From a virus (Duplodnaviria > Caudoviricetes): a stretch of 64,000 nucleotides of DNA. How positions within the stretch are numbered: position 1 is the stretch's first letter; the number at the start of each line of letters is the position of its first letter. Positions 35,525 to 46,778 of the stretch are shown one piece after another. Location: the IMG/VR virus record IMGVR_UViG_3300014202_000529, positions 32,001-96,000 of that record. One strand, 5' to 3'. The notes beneath the pieces were generated by a model. That model ran no database searches. It saw only the letters and a list, made by a program, of their open reading frames with translations, and had not been told where the DNA came from. Made by a program: the position numbers and the translations under genes.

Positions 35525-37039
35525 CTATCTAGTTAACTCATGATAACACTTTTCAATATGCTTGTCAACCACCCCATCAATTCTAGAACGAATTGAAGAA
35601 AGGGTATTCAGTCTCACCGAAAGACCATTACTCAGACCATTATGGAATACTAAATCAAGAAGACCCAACCGCATAGAATCTTCTTTTGTTAATTCGTCAA
35701 CTAAAACCAACCCCCCATTACGATCCTCTACCGCAAGATACCCCTTTGCGGATTTCTTTGTTCCATTGTCAGTTTTGGGGTCTTTAAACACGTGAAGCTC
35801 TTTCCCATCAACATATCCCGCAGTCGCTTTAATTGCCATCCCGAATGTATCCCGCGTCACATGTTGATAGGTGTAGCTCCCGATCCCAAACACAATATTT
35901 GTAGAAGCAAATCCAAGCGACATGAGCTGTCTGCAAATTTCATCTGCTCTCTCAAGTGTGATGGAATCTCCATAGATCATTCCAATATGAGGGTCAAGTT
36001 GTCGATATCCCTTTGAGTTGACCGTTCCACCAAATACCTTCCAGAGCAATCGAGCAGTTCCTTCGTTCTCTGGTGTTCCCAATGGAGCATCAAGATCACC
36101 ACAAATGATCTTCACTGGATCTCCTGAGTCTGGACGAATAACAACCTTTCCATCCCTGGACATGATTTTATCTTTCAGGGTTGGAAGTGTCTCTGTTAAA
36201 ATCTTCCAATAATCCCATGTATCGGAGACGATAGACACAATACCCTTTGGATAGACCTTGCTGATCAATCGATCATAGGTTTCTAACTCAGTTTCCTTTC
36301 CACCAAAACACATCACCGAATGCTCCGTTGCAGCAACAGACCCACCAATCATAGTGTCCCCAATGACTGCATGATAATATGTTTCCAGCATATCAATTGC
36401 AGGGATGGTATCTGTTCCATAAAAAGAGAGTAGGTGTCCTGCACTTGACACCGAAGCACTCTCTAGACTCGTCTGACCACGCATTGAAAAGTCATGTCCT
36501 TGCCACAAGACGAATTCTGGAAGATCGGAACTAGCTGCAGCGTATTTTTCCAACAATTTCCTATACTCGAATGCAATGGTGGCTACTGTAATTGGATGCC
36601 AAAGAACCGTTGACATGAGAGTTTCGAGGAAATTGGTCAACCAAAAGAACTTGGGATTAGTGTTCTCAATTGTTAAAAACGGAACTCTTAATGGGACAAG
36701 TGTTCCCTCTGGGAGTGCTCGGATACTAATGGGGAGATATCCCAGATCATGCAATTCCTCAATGTGGTCCAGTGGCACCGAATCGGGACCCAATGAAGTA
36801 TCAAGCCTTCGTTTATATTTGAGAAGTACTTCCTCTTTTGGTTTATTGAAAAAGTTTTCGTTGAACTCCTCGATCAAATATTTCTTGATAAAGTATTGGA
36901 GACCGAAGAATACAACATGATTCACACCAGGGATTCTAGAGCTTCGCGCCGTCATGTTCGAGTAGACGTACTGAGTATTTTCTGGGTACTGTCTACGATG
37001 ATCGGTTTTGTAGAAATCGCTGTAGTGAATCGGGGTCAT
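35525..37039 (-). CDS. nadV: Nicotinamide phosphoribosyltransferase-like (NadV / Namat of NARP1)
   Basis: DFYKTDH, HDFSMRG, ATEHSVM, SIVSDTWD, IRPDSGDP, YGDSIT, TRDTFG.A.KAT. Confidence 0.93.
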   Translation of the reverse strand: MTPIHYSDFYKTDHRRQYPENTQYVYSNMTARSSRIPGVNHVVFFGLQYFIKKYLIEEFNENFFNKPKEEVLLKYKRRLDTSLGPDSVPLDHIEELHDLGYLPISIRALPEGTLVPLRVPFLTIENTNPKFFWLTNFLETLMSTVLWHPITVATIAFEYRKLLEKYAAASSDLPEFVLWQGHDFSMRGQTSLESASVSSAGHLLSFYGTDTIPAIDMLETYYHAVIGDTMIGGSVAATEHSVMCFGGKETELETYDRLISKVYPKGIVSIVSDTWDYWKILTETLPTLKDKIMSRDGKVVIRPDSGDPVKIICGDLDAPLGTPENEGTARLLWKVFGGTVNSKGYRQLDPHIGMIYGDSITLERADEICRQLMSLGFASTNIVFGIGSYTYQHVTRDTFGMAIKATAGYVDGKELHVFKDPKTDNGTKKSAKGYLAVEDRNGGLVLVDELTKEDSMRLGLLDLVFHNGLSNGLSVRLNTLSSIRSRIDGVVDKHIEKCYHELTR

Positions 37040-37863
37040 ACTGCCCTCCCATCCATTTGTTTTTGATGTTGTTTTGATAACAATGGCACCATTCCCTCTC
37101 TCGTCCACACTTCATCAATAATACCATCAAACACTTCCAGACCCTTAGAAAATATACCATGCGTCACCATGAGAACAATTTTCTTTGGAGCATGATGAAG
37201 TCTAATTTCTTTTGCAATTTCGATGAATGTTCTTCCACCATCACAAATATCATCTACCATCACACAGGTTTTACCGTCTAATTCATGTGCGGGCGCATTA
37301 ACCTTGACTCCGGTAATGTCTCCGGTTTGTGTATTTCGAAGCTTACTGCACTCCACAACCCCCTTAACTTTAAAGGATTCCTTAGAGAGACGATAGATTT
37401 TCTTAAGCGCCCCTGCATCAGGGGAAATGAGAATCACATTATCATCATGGGAAAACCATGAATTCAACATAGGATAGAAAATTGTCGATTGGTGAACGAC
37501 ATACACATTATCTAACAATGCAGGAAGAACATCGGAATGGGGGTCATGTGTTACGACTTCCTCTGCTCCCAACTGATTAATTAACCCACACATCACCTTG
37601 AGCGAAAAACAATCCCCATAATTGGCTACACGATCCTGGCGAGAAAATGGAAAATAGGGAATGATCAATTTATCTATTTTATACCCATGTTGTTTTAGAG
37701 CACTACTCAAAAGTAGTATCTCCATGATCTCCTCAGTGGATTCAAATAACCACTCAACATTCCCCTTATCAGGATATGTCACATCGTCCTCAAGAAGGAG
37801 TTGAACATGCATTTCGCCGGCAGGAAATTTGATTTTCTTATATTTCACAAATGACTTAATCAT
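37036..37863 (-). CDS. Ribose-phosphate pyrophosphokinase-like (Prs / Adps of NARP1)
   Basis: FPAGE, PYFPFSRQDR, DPHS, SPDAGA, MVDDICDGGRTF, VTHGIFS. Confidence 0.92.
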   Translation of the reverse strand: MIKSFVKYKKIKFPAGEMHVQLLLEDDVTYPDKGNVEWLFESTEEIMEILLLSSALKQHGYKIDKLIIPYFPFSRQDRVANYGDCFSLKVMCGLINQLGAEEVVTHDPHSDVLPALLDNVYVVHQSTIFYPMLNSWFSHDDNVILISPDAGALKKIYRLSKESFKVKGVVECSKLRNTQTGDITGVKVNAPAHELDGKTCVMVDDICDGGRTFIEIAKEIRLHHAPKKIVLMVTHGIFSKGLEVFDGIIDEVWTREGMVPLLSKQHQKQMDGRAV

Positions 37864-38146
37864 CTAATTCCTCCAGGTCTTTATCATCAAGTTCACACCA
37901 TCGACAACCAGTACCTAGGGTTTCAGTCATACAGTGCATACAGTGACTACAAAGTGTTCCTCGGATCTCTCCTACTATCCGATGCCCCTTGAACCAACAT
38001 ACAACCAAGTTCCACTTCGTAACGATCCACTCTTGAACCTGCATTGGCACCCATGTTGGGATACCTCTATCAGTGGTCCATCCCAACCACCAATCATCCT
38101 CATCTAGCACTGCCCTGAGTCTAACACCCTTATCCATTATTGTCAA
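37856..38146 (-). CDS. Hypothetical protein
   Basis: ORF in operon. Confidence 0.45.
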   Translation of the reverse strand: MTIMDKGVRLRAVLDEDDWWLGWTTDRGIPTWVPMQVQEWIVTKWNLVVCWFKGHRIVGEIRGTLCSHCMHCMTETLGTGCRWCELDDKDLEELDD

Positions 38147-38765
38147 CTAATCCCTTTGGACTTTCATCCCCCTCAATGGTCTTCTTAAAGAACGAATTTG
38201 CAGCAACATGATAGATAACGATACCCTCTGGCTTCATGAACCCAGGAGCAGCAACGCTCCCATTAAATGCCAAATGAGCAAGGGTTACGTTAATCTCGTT
38301 GGTTGTGAACATTCCATCGTACAATACTGGTACCACATGACAACAGGCAGGTTTATTATCTTCCTTCCAACGATCTGTATTGAATAGAGAAAACCTCTTT
38401 TCCTTCAACCCATACTTACGCTGAATACCTGCGCCCCACCACTCTCCGAAATGTCTTCCTATCCCAAGACCTGTAACCAACTCATCCTTATGTTGGAGTG
38501 CCCAAGCACCAAACCCAAAATTATCACATTTCAACACATCATTCTCGACAAGCCATCGAGAGCGACTGCCCGCAAACAATTTACCATCCTCTGTGATAAG
38601 GAGTTGAGCATTGGTCCCATCAATCTTTTCAGTAACCACACAACGACGAGAAAGCCGTGGAATTTTATTGAATGTTTGAAATTCTGTCTCAGCTATTTTG
38701 CGGAGAATCATTGTATCAATTTCATCCCTAATCGGATCGTCTGTGTTCATGATGTCACCTTCCAT
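38130..38765 (-). CDS. RNA ligase (Rnl2-like adenylyltransferase)
   Basis: TEKIDGTNA (motif I), SRSRW, FGEW.G.GIQ, PEGIVI. Confidence 0.85.
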   Translation of the reverse strand: MEGDIMNTDDPIRDEIDTMILRKIAETEFQTFNKIPRLSRRCVVTEKIDGTNAQLLITEDGKLFAGSRSRWLVENDVLKCDNFGFGAWALQHKDELVTGLGIGRHFGEWWGAGIQRKYGLKEKRFSLFNTDRWKEDNKPACCHVVPVLYDGMFTTNEINVTLAHLAFNGSVAAPGFMKPEGIVIYHVAANSFFKKTIEGDESPKGLVDNNG

Positions 38766-39115
38766 CCATCAGCGGATTGCTCTTCGATAAGTAAATTTTG
38801 TGGTATCATTGATTCTTCTACTCGATCCTCCAAAGACTTCTCACCGCGAAGTTTAGCTGCCATACTACGAGCCCATCTCTGAAATGTCTCAGTCTTCCCC
38901 ATTCGCGCAAATGCTGCTTTTTTGTTTTCTAACTGGGTTCTGAATTCCCTAGATTCTCCGCGAGACCCGGATGGATGGTGAATGATACGCACACCAGACT
39001 CAACCTTATTTTGATTTTGCCCACCCTTCCCACCAGCACGAAATGTCTGGATCTCGCAATCTTTTATAGTCACGCTGAATAGGGGTGTCTTTTTGTTTTG
39101 TTGGATCTTATACAT
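38747..39115 (-). CDS. Peptidyl-tRNA hydrolase domain release factor (ArfB/YaeJ-like, GGQ)
   Basis: FRAGGKGGQNQNKVESGVRIIHHPSG..R.QLENK..A. Confidence 0.88.
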   Translation of the reverse strand: MYKIQQNKKTPLFSVTIKDCEIQTFRAGGKGGQNQNKVESGVRIIHHPSGSRGESREFRTQLENKKAAFARMGKTETFQRWARSMAAKLRGEKSLEDRVEESMIPQNLLIEEQSADGWKVTS

Positions 39116-39331
39116 TCTGCTTCTCCAGAACAATGGCATCGGGTGGTGGGGAGATACAATCAAGCACACATTTTACTTCGCCGGTAGTACGAATTCTATT
39201 CATCAATGCAATGTATTCTTTTGCATAGTGTAAGCTTTTAAATGCTTCTCTCAGAAGATTTTCCGCATTTGCTATATGTCTCTGTGCTAGTTCGTTGCAG
39301 TATGTTTCCATCATAGGCTCCATAATAAAAA

Positions 39332-39619
39332 GTGGGGTGGGGGGATTTCCAGGCCCCCCAACGTTCGTTTGGTGTTCGGTTATTTGGCTACAGAACTCAA
39401 CCCGTTCCGGTTACGGATCTCTGCGTTCTGGGGAGAGTGTCTACTCCCAAGCATTCGTCTACTGGTGTATAGGGAGCTACCGAATGCCTTGCGCTCTACC
39501 AGATTAGGATCTTCTGGTATCCTTCAGCCTTACCTCCACCATTCTACTTGTGCTTTCCCTGGTCCTTTCAGGTACTACGCCTTGACCCTGTAGAATGAGT
39601 CTATCAGCCACACCCCACA
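39332..39619 (-). ncRNA. Putative ~290-nt highly structured RNA with its own promoter
   Basis: TTGACG-17-TAGTAT at 39627-39655; GUGGGGUG/CACCCCAC termini plus U tract; many internal stems. Confidence 0.7.
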
Positions 39620-40302
39620 ATTCAACATACTACCACAGTCACTTACCCTCGTCAACTCTTATTTTCGAGTAATTTAATTTTCTCTCGCAATTCTTGAACG
39701 TACTTCACTATGATAGAGGGGACAGAATATTCCCAACACCCGATCCTGTCAAGATCACCATATCCGTATGTAATTGTTTCATCATCAATGAATGTAGATG
39801 CACAAATCTGTCTACCAGACAAGAACATCACAATACCCTGCTTCATTTTCTTATAATACTCAATCTCGTCTTTCAGAGCCTTATTCTCTTCTTTTAACTT
39901 TTTGAGTGTTGAAAGGATAGTCTCTTCTTTTAGATCTTGCAGCTCTTGTGATGTTGTCATGATACTCCCCAGAGAGTTGCAAGGGACATCCCCAACCCAA
40001 TACCGATCATGAAATAGAAAAAGTAATGTATGGTTCTCACTTCTTCTCCTTTCTATCACAGTTAACATAATATTTCATAGACAGGGTGAATATAACCCAC
40101 CAGAACCCAATTACCAAAACTGTTGCAACCATCGTGCCAAGTTCCTCGAACAACCAACCATAGCCCATCGAAAACCCTGATGCCAAAGAGACGCATACAG
40201 CTATCAGAGCACTGAGAAACATCGAACCGGCATACAACGCTGCAATTAAGAAAAGAGAAGCAAAAAGCTGTTTTGCGTAGGGAAGCTCAGGATCATATTT
40301 CA

Positions 40303-40854
40303 TCATAACCCCATCTCCTCAAGGGTTGCAATGGGTGCACCAAAAGTATCACTCACATCGATGGAAAATCCCTCCATAGCTGGAATACCACATCCAGGCA
40401 AAACGCGGTCCCATACTTCCCTTCGAGCTTCCCACTCCTCGTCAGTTACATGGTCTGGAGGATCAACGTTATTCCAATATCCATACTCTCGAATTCCTGG
40501 CAACTTTAACCATGCTTCAAACCACTTATCATGCTCTGTATATGCGATACCAATAAACCGACCCGAATCAGGAAAAATGGTTACTTTAAAATCTGTGTCT
40601 AATGCTGGTTGCCTGGTGGTCGAGGTTCGCGCTTTACTAGAAAGATCCCACCAAAGGCTATACGCTTTCCTCTTTGCCTCTGCATCCTGAACAGGAAACC
40701 CAGCAAAAGCTGCGGCGACAAACTTCTCCCTCAGCTCTATTGCTCCCTTCTTCCAATACCCATCACGAAACGTATGAACAAGATCCAAAAACGTTTCAAG
40801 ATCACCAAATGAAGTCTGGAATCCATTGTAAATCTTCGTACTCATTATGGCCAC
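40303..40854 (-). CDS. Hypothetical phage protein
   Basis: MSTKIYNGF..EYGYWNNVDPPD..EEWE.R..VWD. Confidence 0.6.
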   Translation of the reverse strand: MAIMSTKIYNGFQTSFGDLETFLDLVHTFRDGYWKKGAIELREKFVAAAFAGFPVQDAEAKRKAYSLWWDLSSKARTSTTRQPALDTDFKVTIFPDSGRFIGIAYTEHDKWFEAWLKLPGIREYGYWNNVDPPDHVTDEEWEARREVWDRVLPGCGIPAMEGFSIDVSDTFGAPIATLEEMGL

Positions 40855-41183
40855 TCCTTCAGTGCTAATGTTAGTTTCTTGGTTATTTTCATAGACTTCG
40901 AGCCAACTTCCAACACAATTGCAGTCATTTCAAAATTGACATCCGGTTCATGAAACGTGGACACCATAACCCCCAACTTCATTGCTTTTCTTGCAAGAGC
41001 TTTCAGCTCCTTTTCGTCCCACACAGAAAGGAAACAGAGGTAGTTGGAAGTCTTATACCACTTAAGATATAACTCAGGAAATTTTGCAGAGAACTCAACC
41101 AATGCATGCATGCCCTGGACTCCTTGGTACCCAGGGGAAAGATCCTTTCTTGTGATAACATATAGATGTTTCGGCTGCTTCAT
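40845..41183 (-). CDS. Pth2-like peptidyl-tRNA hydrolase fold protein
   Basis: LYVITRKDLSPG.Q.VQ..HA, F.EPD...MTAI. Confidence 0.7.
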   Translation of the reverse strand: MKQPKHLYVITRKDLSPGYQGVQGMHALVEFSAKFPELYLKWYKTSNYLCFLSVWDEKELKALARKAMKLGVMVSTFHEPDVNFEMTAIVLEVGSKSMKITKKLTLALKEWP

Positions 41184-41755
41184 TTTAAACTTTTAAACTC
41201 CGAAATGTCTCTCATTTTTAAAATGCTATGGGTCCTAATCCCATGTTTCTGTAAGAGGGTCTGTGCTGCTATAAAATCTTCAGATCTATTCACAATAACC
41301 AACGCATTGCTCACCAGTAACCCCGCTTCCCGCACTGCAGTAGCAGCTTTAATTACCGACTCCCCCGTTGTGAACACATCATCGACAATCACCGCTCGAT
41401 CCTGGGCACGTACCGCCCCCTCAATCGCCCCGATTATTCCCTTTGCACCATGTGTCCGTTGATTTTTTCTAACATAGAACAAACGGGTGTTGGTTTGATC
41501 GGAAATGGATTGTGCAACCGATATCGCCCCAGACTCTAACCCACCAACACAATCAACCGAAAGGTCCCTCAGAAGCCATGCCCCCATTTCCCCAACCAAT
41601 TTTCTTGCATATGGGTATGATAGTAGCCTCCTGCAGTCAACGTAATATGGGCTCTCCTCACCAGAAGACAACAGAAAAGGATGAATGTGGTCTTCTTTGT
41701 ATGAATCAGTTTTATAAAACAGATCTATTAACATGGACTTATAGGTATCGTTCAT
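41180..41755 (-). CDS. pyrE: Orotate phosphoribosyltransferase
   Basis: FLLSSG..SPYYVDCR, GGLESGA, VRK..R.HG, VIVDDVFTTGES. Confidence 0.9.
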   Translation of the reverse strand: MNDTYKSMLIDLFYKTDSYKEDHIHPFLLSSGEESPYYVDCRRLLSYPYARKLVGEMGAWLLRDLSVDCVGGLESGAISVAQSISDQTNTRLFYVRKNQRTHGAKGIIGAIEGAVRAQDRAVIVDDVFTTGESVIKAATAVREAGLLVSNALVIVNRSEDFIAAQTLLQKHGIRTHSILKMRDISEFKSLK

Positions 41756-43027
41756 TGGGACACCAAGGAAACTTTGTTAGCATAATGAGTGAGAAATTCT
41801 TTCGAAAGGACATATTGTTCATAGAGGGGGTGGAATACAATCATGATCTCCCATCCCACAATACCAAACCCAGCTTCAACTGCTTCATGAGTCGCTTCAA
41901 ATTCACACTCACAGACAAACTTCTCTACCGCATCCAATATTTCCTCATTCATGTTGATTATCTCCCTCAAGATCAAGAAGAAATTGTTTAATCTTGGGCC
42001 ACAGGTACGTATCTCGGACTCGCTCAACCACACAACATGATCCCCTATGAATCTCTTCCCACCGTCTGCATTGTCTGCGGTAAAGATCCAACATGCCATG
42101 AAACTCATATAAATTCTGTTCCTTGGATGCCTCTTTATTATATCGGAAGTACCAGAACTTATCAAGGTCTTCTTGCTTCAGATTCTTCAGCTCTTCTTCC
42201 CCCTTCTTGAGGACTCCACCTAAGACTGCATCGATATCTTTATTTGTGACCACAGTAGTGTTTTTCATTCTGGCCTCCACCAAATATGGTACCACACAGA
42301 AAGCAAATGTGAAAAGATTCCAGTAAAAAGAATGATGAAGAAGAGGGTATGGGTGAACAGCGACACCACATTAGCGACCAACAGAAAGAGGACCAAAAAC
42401 TTCACCATGTTATGCAACACCACCCAGCTATCAATGGGCTGCTTCTTTTTACGCTTCATTGTGCTCAATCCTTTTTTACTGTTTCATTGTGGACAATAAA
42501 GAAATGGTCTTCCCCACACTTATAGGTAACCCTCAGAAAATCCCCCTTATCATCTGAAATGGTTGAACAGGCTATGTATGTCTTCCCCCTGAATGAGACC
42601 ATAACCGGGAATGGAAACGACAACCCCAGCACCGACGCATTAGCATGATACCGCTTTTCATCTGCGCAAAGGACACCGGGCTGGTTATCGGGAAACTTGA
42701 CGGAATCCATCAGAACCCTTCCTTCTTCCATGTGTAGAAAATCAAAGCAAGAGAGAACACCAGAATCGATATGATTGCTTCCGTTGTCATCATGTACATA
42801 AATCCCTCTTGCGCGTCATAGGCCGGTAGACTTCAATCAACCTTCAAGAATGCGGTTTCGTATTCCCTTCTTCGCTTGCTCGACCACAATCCTAAACGCT
42901 GCAGTAACAAGATCCTTATCACCGGTAACTATAACCTTGTACATTTCCTCCGGCATCTCACCCGGAAGAACTGGCTCCTCATCAATTGCTCGCAATACCG
43001 CTTCCTTTGATAACCATTTACCAGCCA

Positions 43028-43441
43028 TTATTTCACCAAATTATAAGGTTTATTCCACAACCCAACCGACACACTCACATACCAACCCACATCGAAATAA
43101 TCACTCTGCGAGTCACTGTTATCATGATTTCCTGCGTTCATGGTCTTGATGATCTTTTCCAAAATGTCCTTTGCAACCCCACTGAAATGATCCTTGTACC
43201 AGTACACATTAACATCGATATTTCCCTCTGCAGGTTTCCAGTGTGGATTTCTCAACTCAACATGATCCGCAATCTTCACTTCATTGTAGTTACCAATGAA
43301 ATCCACCGGACCACTTTTAATCTTCATCTGTAATGTGGAATGGTTATCAACACCGAGTGTGTACTTGATACCAGTCCCAGCAAGCACCTTCTTCAACTGT
43401 TCCGCGATTTCCTTTTTTCTCTCTTGACTCATGTATGCCAT
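43028..43441 (-). CDS. Conserved early hypothetical protein (MAYMSQE family), paralogue 1
   Basis: HDNSDSQSDYFDVGWY; first gene after a promoter cassette. Confidence 0.75.
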   Translation of the reverse strand: MAYMSQERKKEIAEQLKKVLAGTGIKYTLGVDNHSTLQMKIKSGPVDFIGNYNEVKIADHVELRNPHWKPAEGNIDVNVYWYKDHFSGVAKDILEKIIKTMNAGNHDNSDSQSDYFDVGWYVSVSVGLWNKPYNLVK

Positions 43442-43529
43442 TTCATCCTCCGTTTATTTGTTTATCTCTTACGTTCTAAGACTATCATGGCATATATAAG
43501 TTGTCAAGTCTCCTAAACCGTCAATTCTA

Positions 43530-43549
43530 CTGTATCCTTTTAGATACAC
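43530..43549. repeat. 20-bp palindrome, copy 1 (CTGTATC-CTTTTA-GATACAC)
   Basis: 22 bp upstream of the -35 of promoter 43479-43507. Confidence 0.85.
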
Positions 43550-43580
43550 TCAACGACTTAGGACACTTGACAAAAATGTG

Positions 43581-44288
43581 TCAAATTCCCAACACCTTCC
43601 TGCAAACCGGTCCAATGCCAAAATCCCTAGAAACTTGATCTGTTAGGGTCTTTTTGCAGTGACCACAACGACCTATCTTTTGACCATACAGCTTCAATGA
43701 CTCTGTTGGATTCATTGCTATCAGTGAAAATATAAAATCCTTTTCGGTTCGATCACGTATTGCGATGTGATTTTCACCACTCAACTGTGACAAAAATACC
43801 ACACCAGCCCATCGACCCTGAACCGGTCTATCAATCTGATAAAACCTGAGTTCACCAGAGGGGTGATTTATTGCATACCGTCCTGGGTTCAAGGTGACCG
43901 TTCTAATTTGTGGTGCAACTGGTGTGTTTACAACGACTTCTTTCTTTTTCCAGGGAATACCCACTAACCATGAAATGGTGTCTGATATGGTTTTGCGAGT
44001 CAATTTGGAAAGGTTGGTCATAAGCTGGTACCGTTGCGTATCAATCAGATCCTTACCCATCACTAAACTTTTGTAGAAATTGATTTGTTTTTCGGTTGGT
44101 GCATCTGGAGTTCCTGTGATTGGGGGTCCAAACTCAGTTACGATACCGGAAATCTCCTGCTTGGTCTTTTCAAGATATGGTGTCAATAAGTCCATAGCTC
44201 CCCCTTTGTTATCCTGTGTTATGCACAAAGTATAATACGGGGTCTCATGTTTGTCAAGTAATCGTAACTTATTGTTATTACTACACAA
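43581..44288 (-). CDS. DUF6011-like zinc-finger protein
   Basis: TEKQINF; C-terminal GRCGHCKKTLTD..S...GIGPVC. Confidence 0.7.
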   Translation of the reverse strand: MCSNNNKLRLLDKHETPYYTLCITQDNKGGAMDLLTPYLEKTKQEISGIVTEFGPPITGTPDAPTEKQINFYKSLVMGKDLIDTQRYQLMTNLSKLTRKTISDTISWLVGIPWKKKEVVVNTPVAPQIRTVTLNPGRYAINHPSGELRFYQIDRPVQGRWAGVVFLSQLSGENHIAIRDRTEKDFIFSLIAMNPTESLKLYGQKIGRCGHCKKTLTDQVSRDFGIGPVCRKVLGI

Positions 44289-46608
44289 TCACGCTCAACG
44301 TTCCTTTGGTTTGCTTATATTCCTCAATGTTCTTTCGATATATCTCTGCAGCCACCCTCATCAGGTTCTCGTTAATGTGTGGTCTTTTCGTCAGATCCAA
44401 CATCACCATTTCATAGTTATGTTGAATCGCATCCTCTAGAGCATCTTTCAAGTATGACAGCGGATCTCTCCCCGCTGGAATATCAATTTCAATGGTGTGC
44501 TTCACGAATCCTTTTTTACTCATCGACTCTTATTCCCCCAATCCGACAAGTACATAGATGAACTCACATCAATATTGTTTTGATAACAGTATCTCTTTAA
44601 TGCAAGCATAAATCCATCAACATTCGGTGCTGTTTGATCACAGATACTCAACATTTTCATTTCTAACCCAGAGTCCTTGCCGATTACCTTGGTCGCTCCG
44701 CGCTCACTTGGTGCATATTCCACAACTGCCACCATGCTCATATCGAGCTTCTTTATTTTCTCACCGAGTGCAAGGAGAACTGGTGCAATTTCTTCGTCGT
44801 AAATCTGTTCTTTGGTTCGTTCTTGTTCCATGTTATTCACCCATATAGATATTCAGTTCGTTCCACCTGACTACCAAACCATGCTTCAAATAACAGCTCT
44901 GGTTTATTCTCTTCGACCCATTCAACTGTCTCATCATCCGCTTCTTCTTGGGTGTCAGTAAACACCATCCAAGAAATATGCACATCATCCTCTTCACCCG
45001 CCACTTCAAACTCTACCTCTCGACCGGTCTGGTTCGTCGTAATCATAATGTATCTTTCTCCTTGAGGAATGGGTACCGAGCTTCCAGTTCCCTCAGATCG
45101 TTTGCTGCGTCACTCACACCATGCCAATCTCTCATTTGTGCCTTCGCGTATAGATACTCGATAAGAGTTTTTCGTATTCTCACCGCGTCCGTTTTAACCA
45201 TTCTTTTCCGCTCGCAACGTTCGCATGATCTTGCGCAACCAACAAAATTGTGAAAACGACAACCGATTACACAGTTCCATTGTTCTGCTCCTTTTTGAGG
45301 TTTTCGAGGACTAACTCAGTAAAATAGATGGATACCCCAGTCAGTGCCACCCGTACATTTTCCCTTGCATCGACCACCTGTGAGAACTTTTCGAAGTTTG
45401 GTTGAAACTGCTCATCAACCAGTTTATCTAACAGCTCTCTTGCTTCAGATAAATGGTTCATCGCTTGCATCACAAGTTGATCATGTCGCATTGTTAAATC
45501 CATTCTATTGTGATGGTCAATTTGTCGTTATGCCCGCATTCCTCACCATGAGAAATCAGCTTAGTGACAATGTGACCGATGGACTTCCCCCATGACTTAT
45601 CGGCAAAATCCTTCTGCTCATTCCCCTCTCGATCACTGTTGAATGTGACTCTAAACATCTCGATTCCCCCTTTGTTGTTCAATCATTACGATATAACCTT
45701 ATCAAAGGGGAATTGGTTTGTCAAATGGAAAATACTCTATGTAAATCAATGAGTTATGGTATGTGGTAAAGGTGAGTTTACCAAATGGTGGGGAAATCGA
45801 TTCCAGTGAACTATAGTTGACCACTATCCACCCAAATTTTCTGGGTCCACGAATTTCTTTTCTTCCGACTCTAACAACCATACACCAAATCTCGCTGCTT
45901 CTGCCTTGCCTAAAATGATTTCATCCTGCCAAGGATATCCCTTAGTAAGTATTCTCCAAATGTGTTGCAACCGGTATTTCCATGCCAGTTTACCCCTACC
46001 GCGAGGTACGTAGACTGACATATACACTTCTCCATCGTCACGATCCCGGCAAACGTGAATCATTTCAGCAAAACATTCACAGCGAATAAAATACTCGTCC
46101 ATAGCTTCTCACTTTCTGAAAAAGGAACTCATAAAATATAGCTTCTTGAAAGTTTTCGCCTTCGCCGCTTTCCATCCCTCATTATATTCATCTGAACGAA
46201 TGCCACGAATAGATTCTGCGAGGCAATCTTGCAACTGCTTGGTCAACAACTCAGCGTACCATTCTGTTCCACATTCCCAATAAAAATACATCACATTACC
46301 GTTGTGCATTTTGGGGTTCGCTTGGATCTTTACTTTGGTTCCTTCTTGCATAAAACTAATCATCGTTGCATCCTCTCCTTCTCTTCTTGGTGGCAGATAT
46401 ACAACCCATATTCTGCCATCAACCCCAACATAACTGCTAACGCGAGTCCTGGGGTCAGTGATTGCAGCCAACTGATATCAAGAACTCCAAATCCCTTTAA
46501 GAGCACCAAAATTACAGTGACCACGTTAACAGGAACGATAGCGCGAAATGCCCAAGAATCTTTCGTTTGCGGGACATCAACTTGCATGGTGCCTCCTAAA
46601 TTAGATGA

Positions 46609-46767
46609 TTAGTTCGGAACAACTATCGTTGCAGATATATGCACATTATCATCGAGTTCCAATTGCGCGGCGCGCTCCAGGGTCTTGAAGGGTTGTTCCT
46701 TTGTTCCCGGATTATTGTCGTTCCCATCATATGAATTTACGTAGTAGGTAGTTGTAAAGCTTGACAT
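46609..46767 (-). CDS. Small protein matching the N-terminal motif of beta-helix enzymes (52 aa)
   Basis: Manual translation TTYYVNSYDGNDNNPGTKEQPFKTLERA. Confidence 0.55.
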   Translation of the reverse strand: MSSFTTTYYVNSYDGNDNNPGTKEQPFKTLERAAQLELDDNVHISATIVVPN

Positions 46768-46778
46768 ATTCCCCCCGA

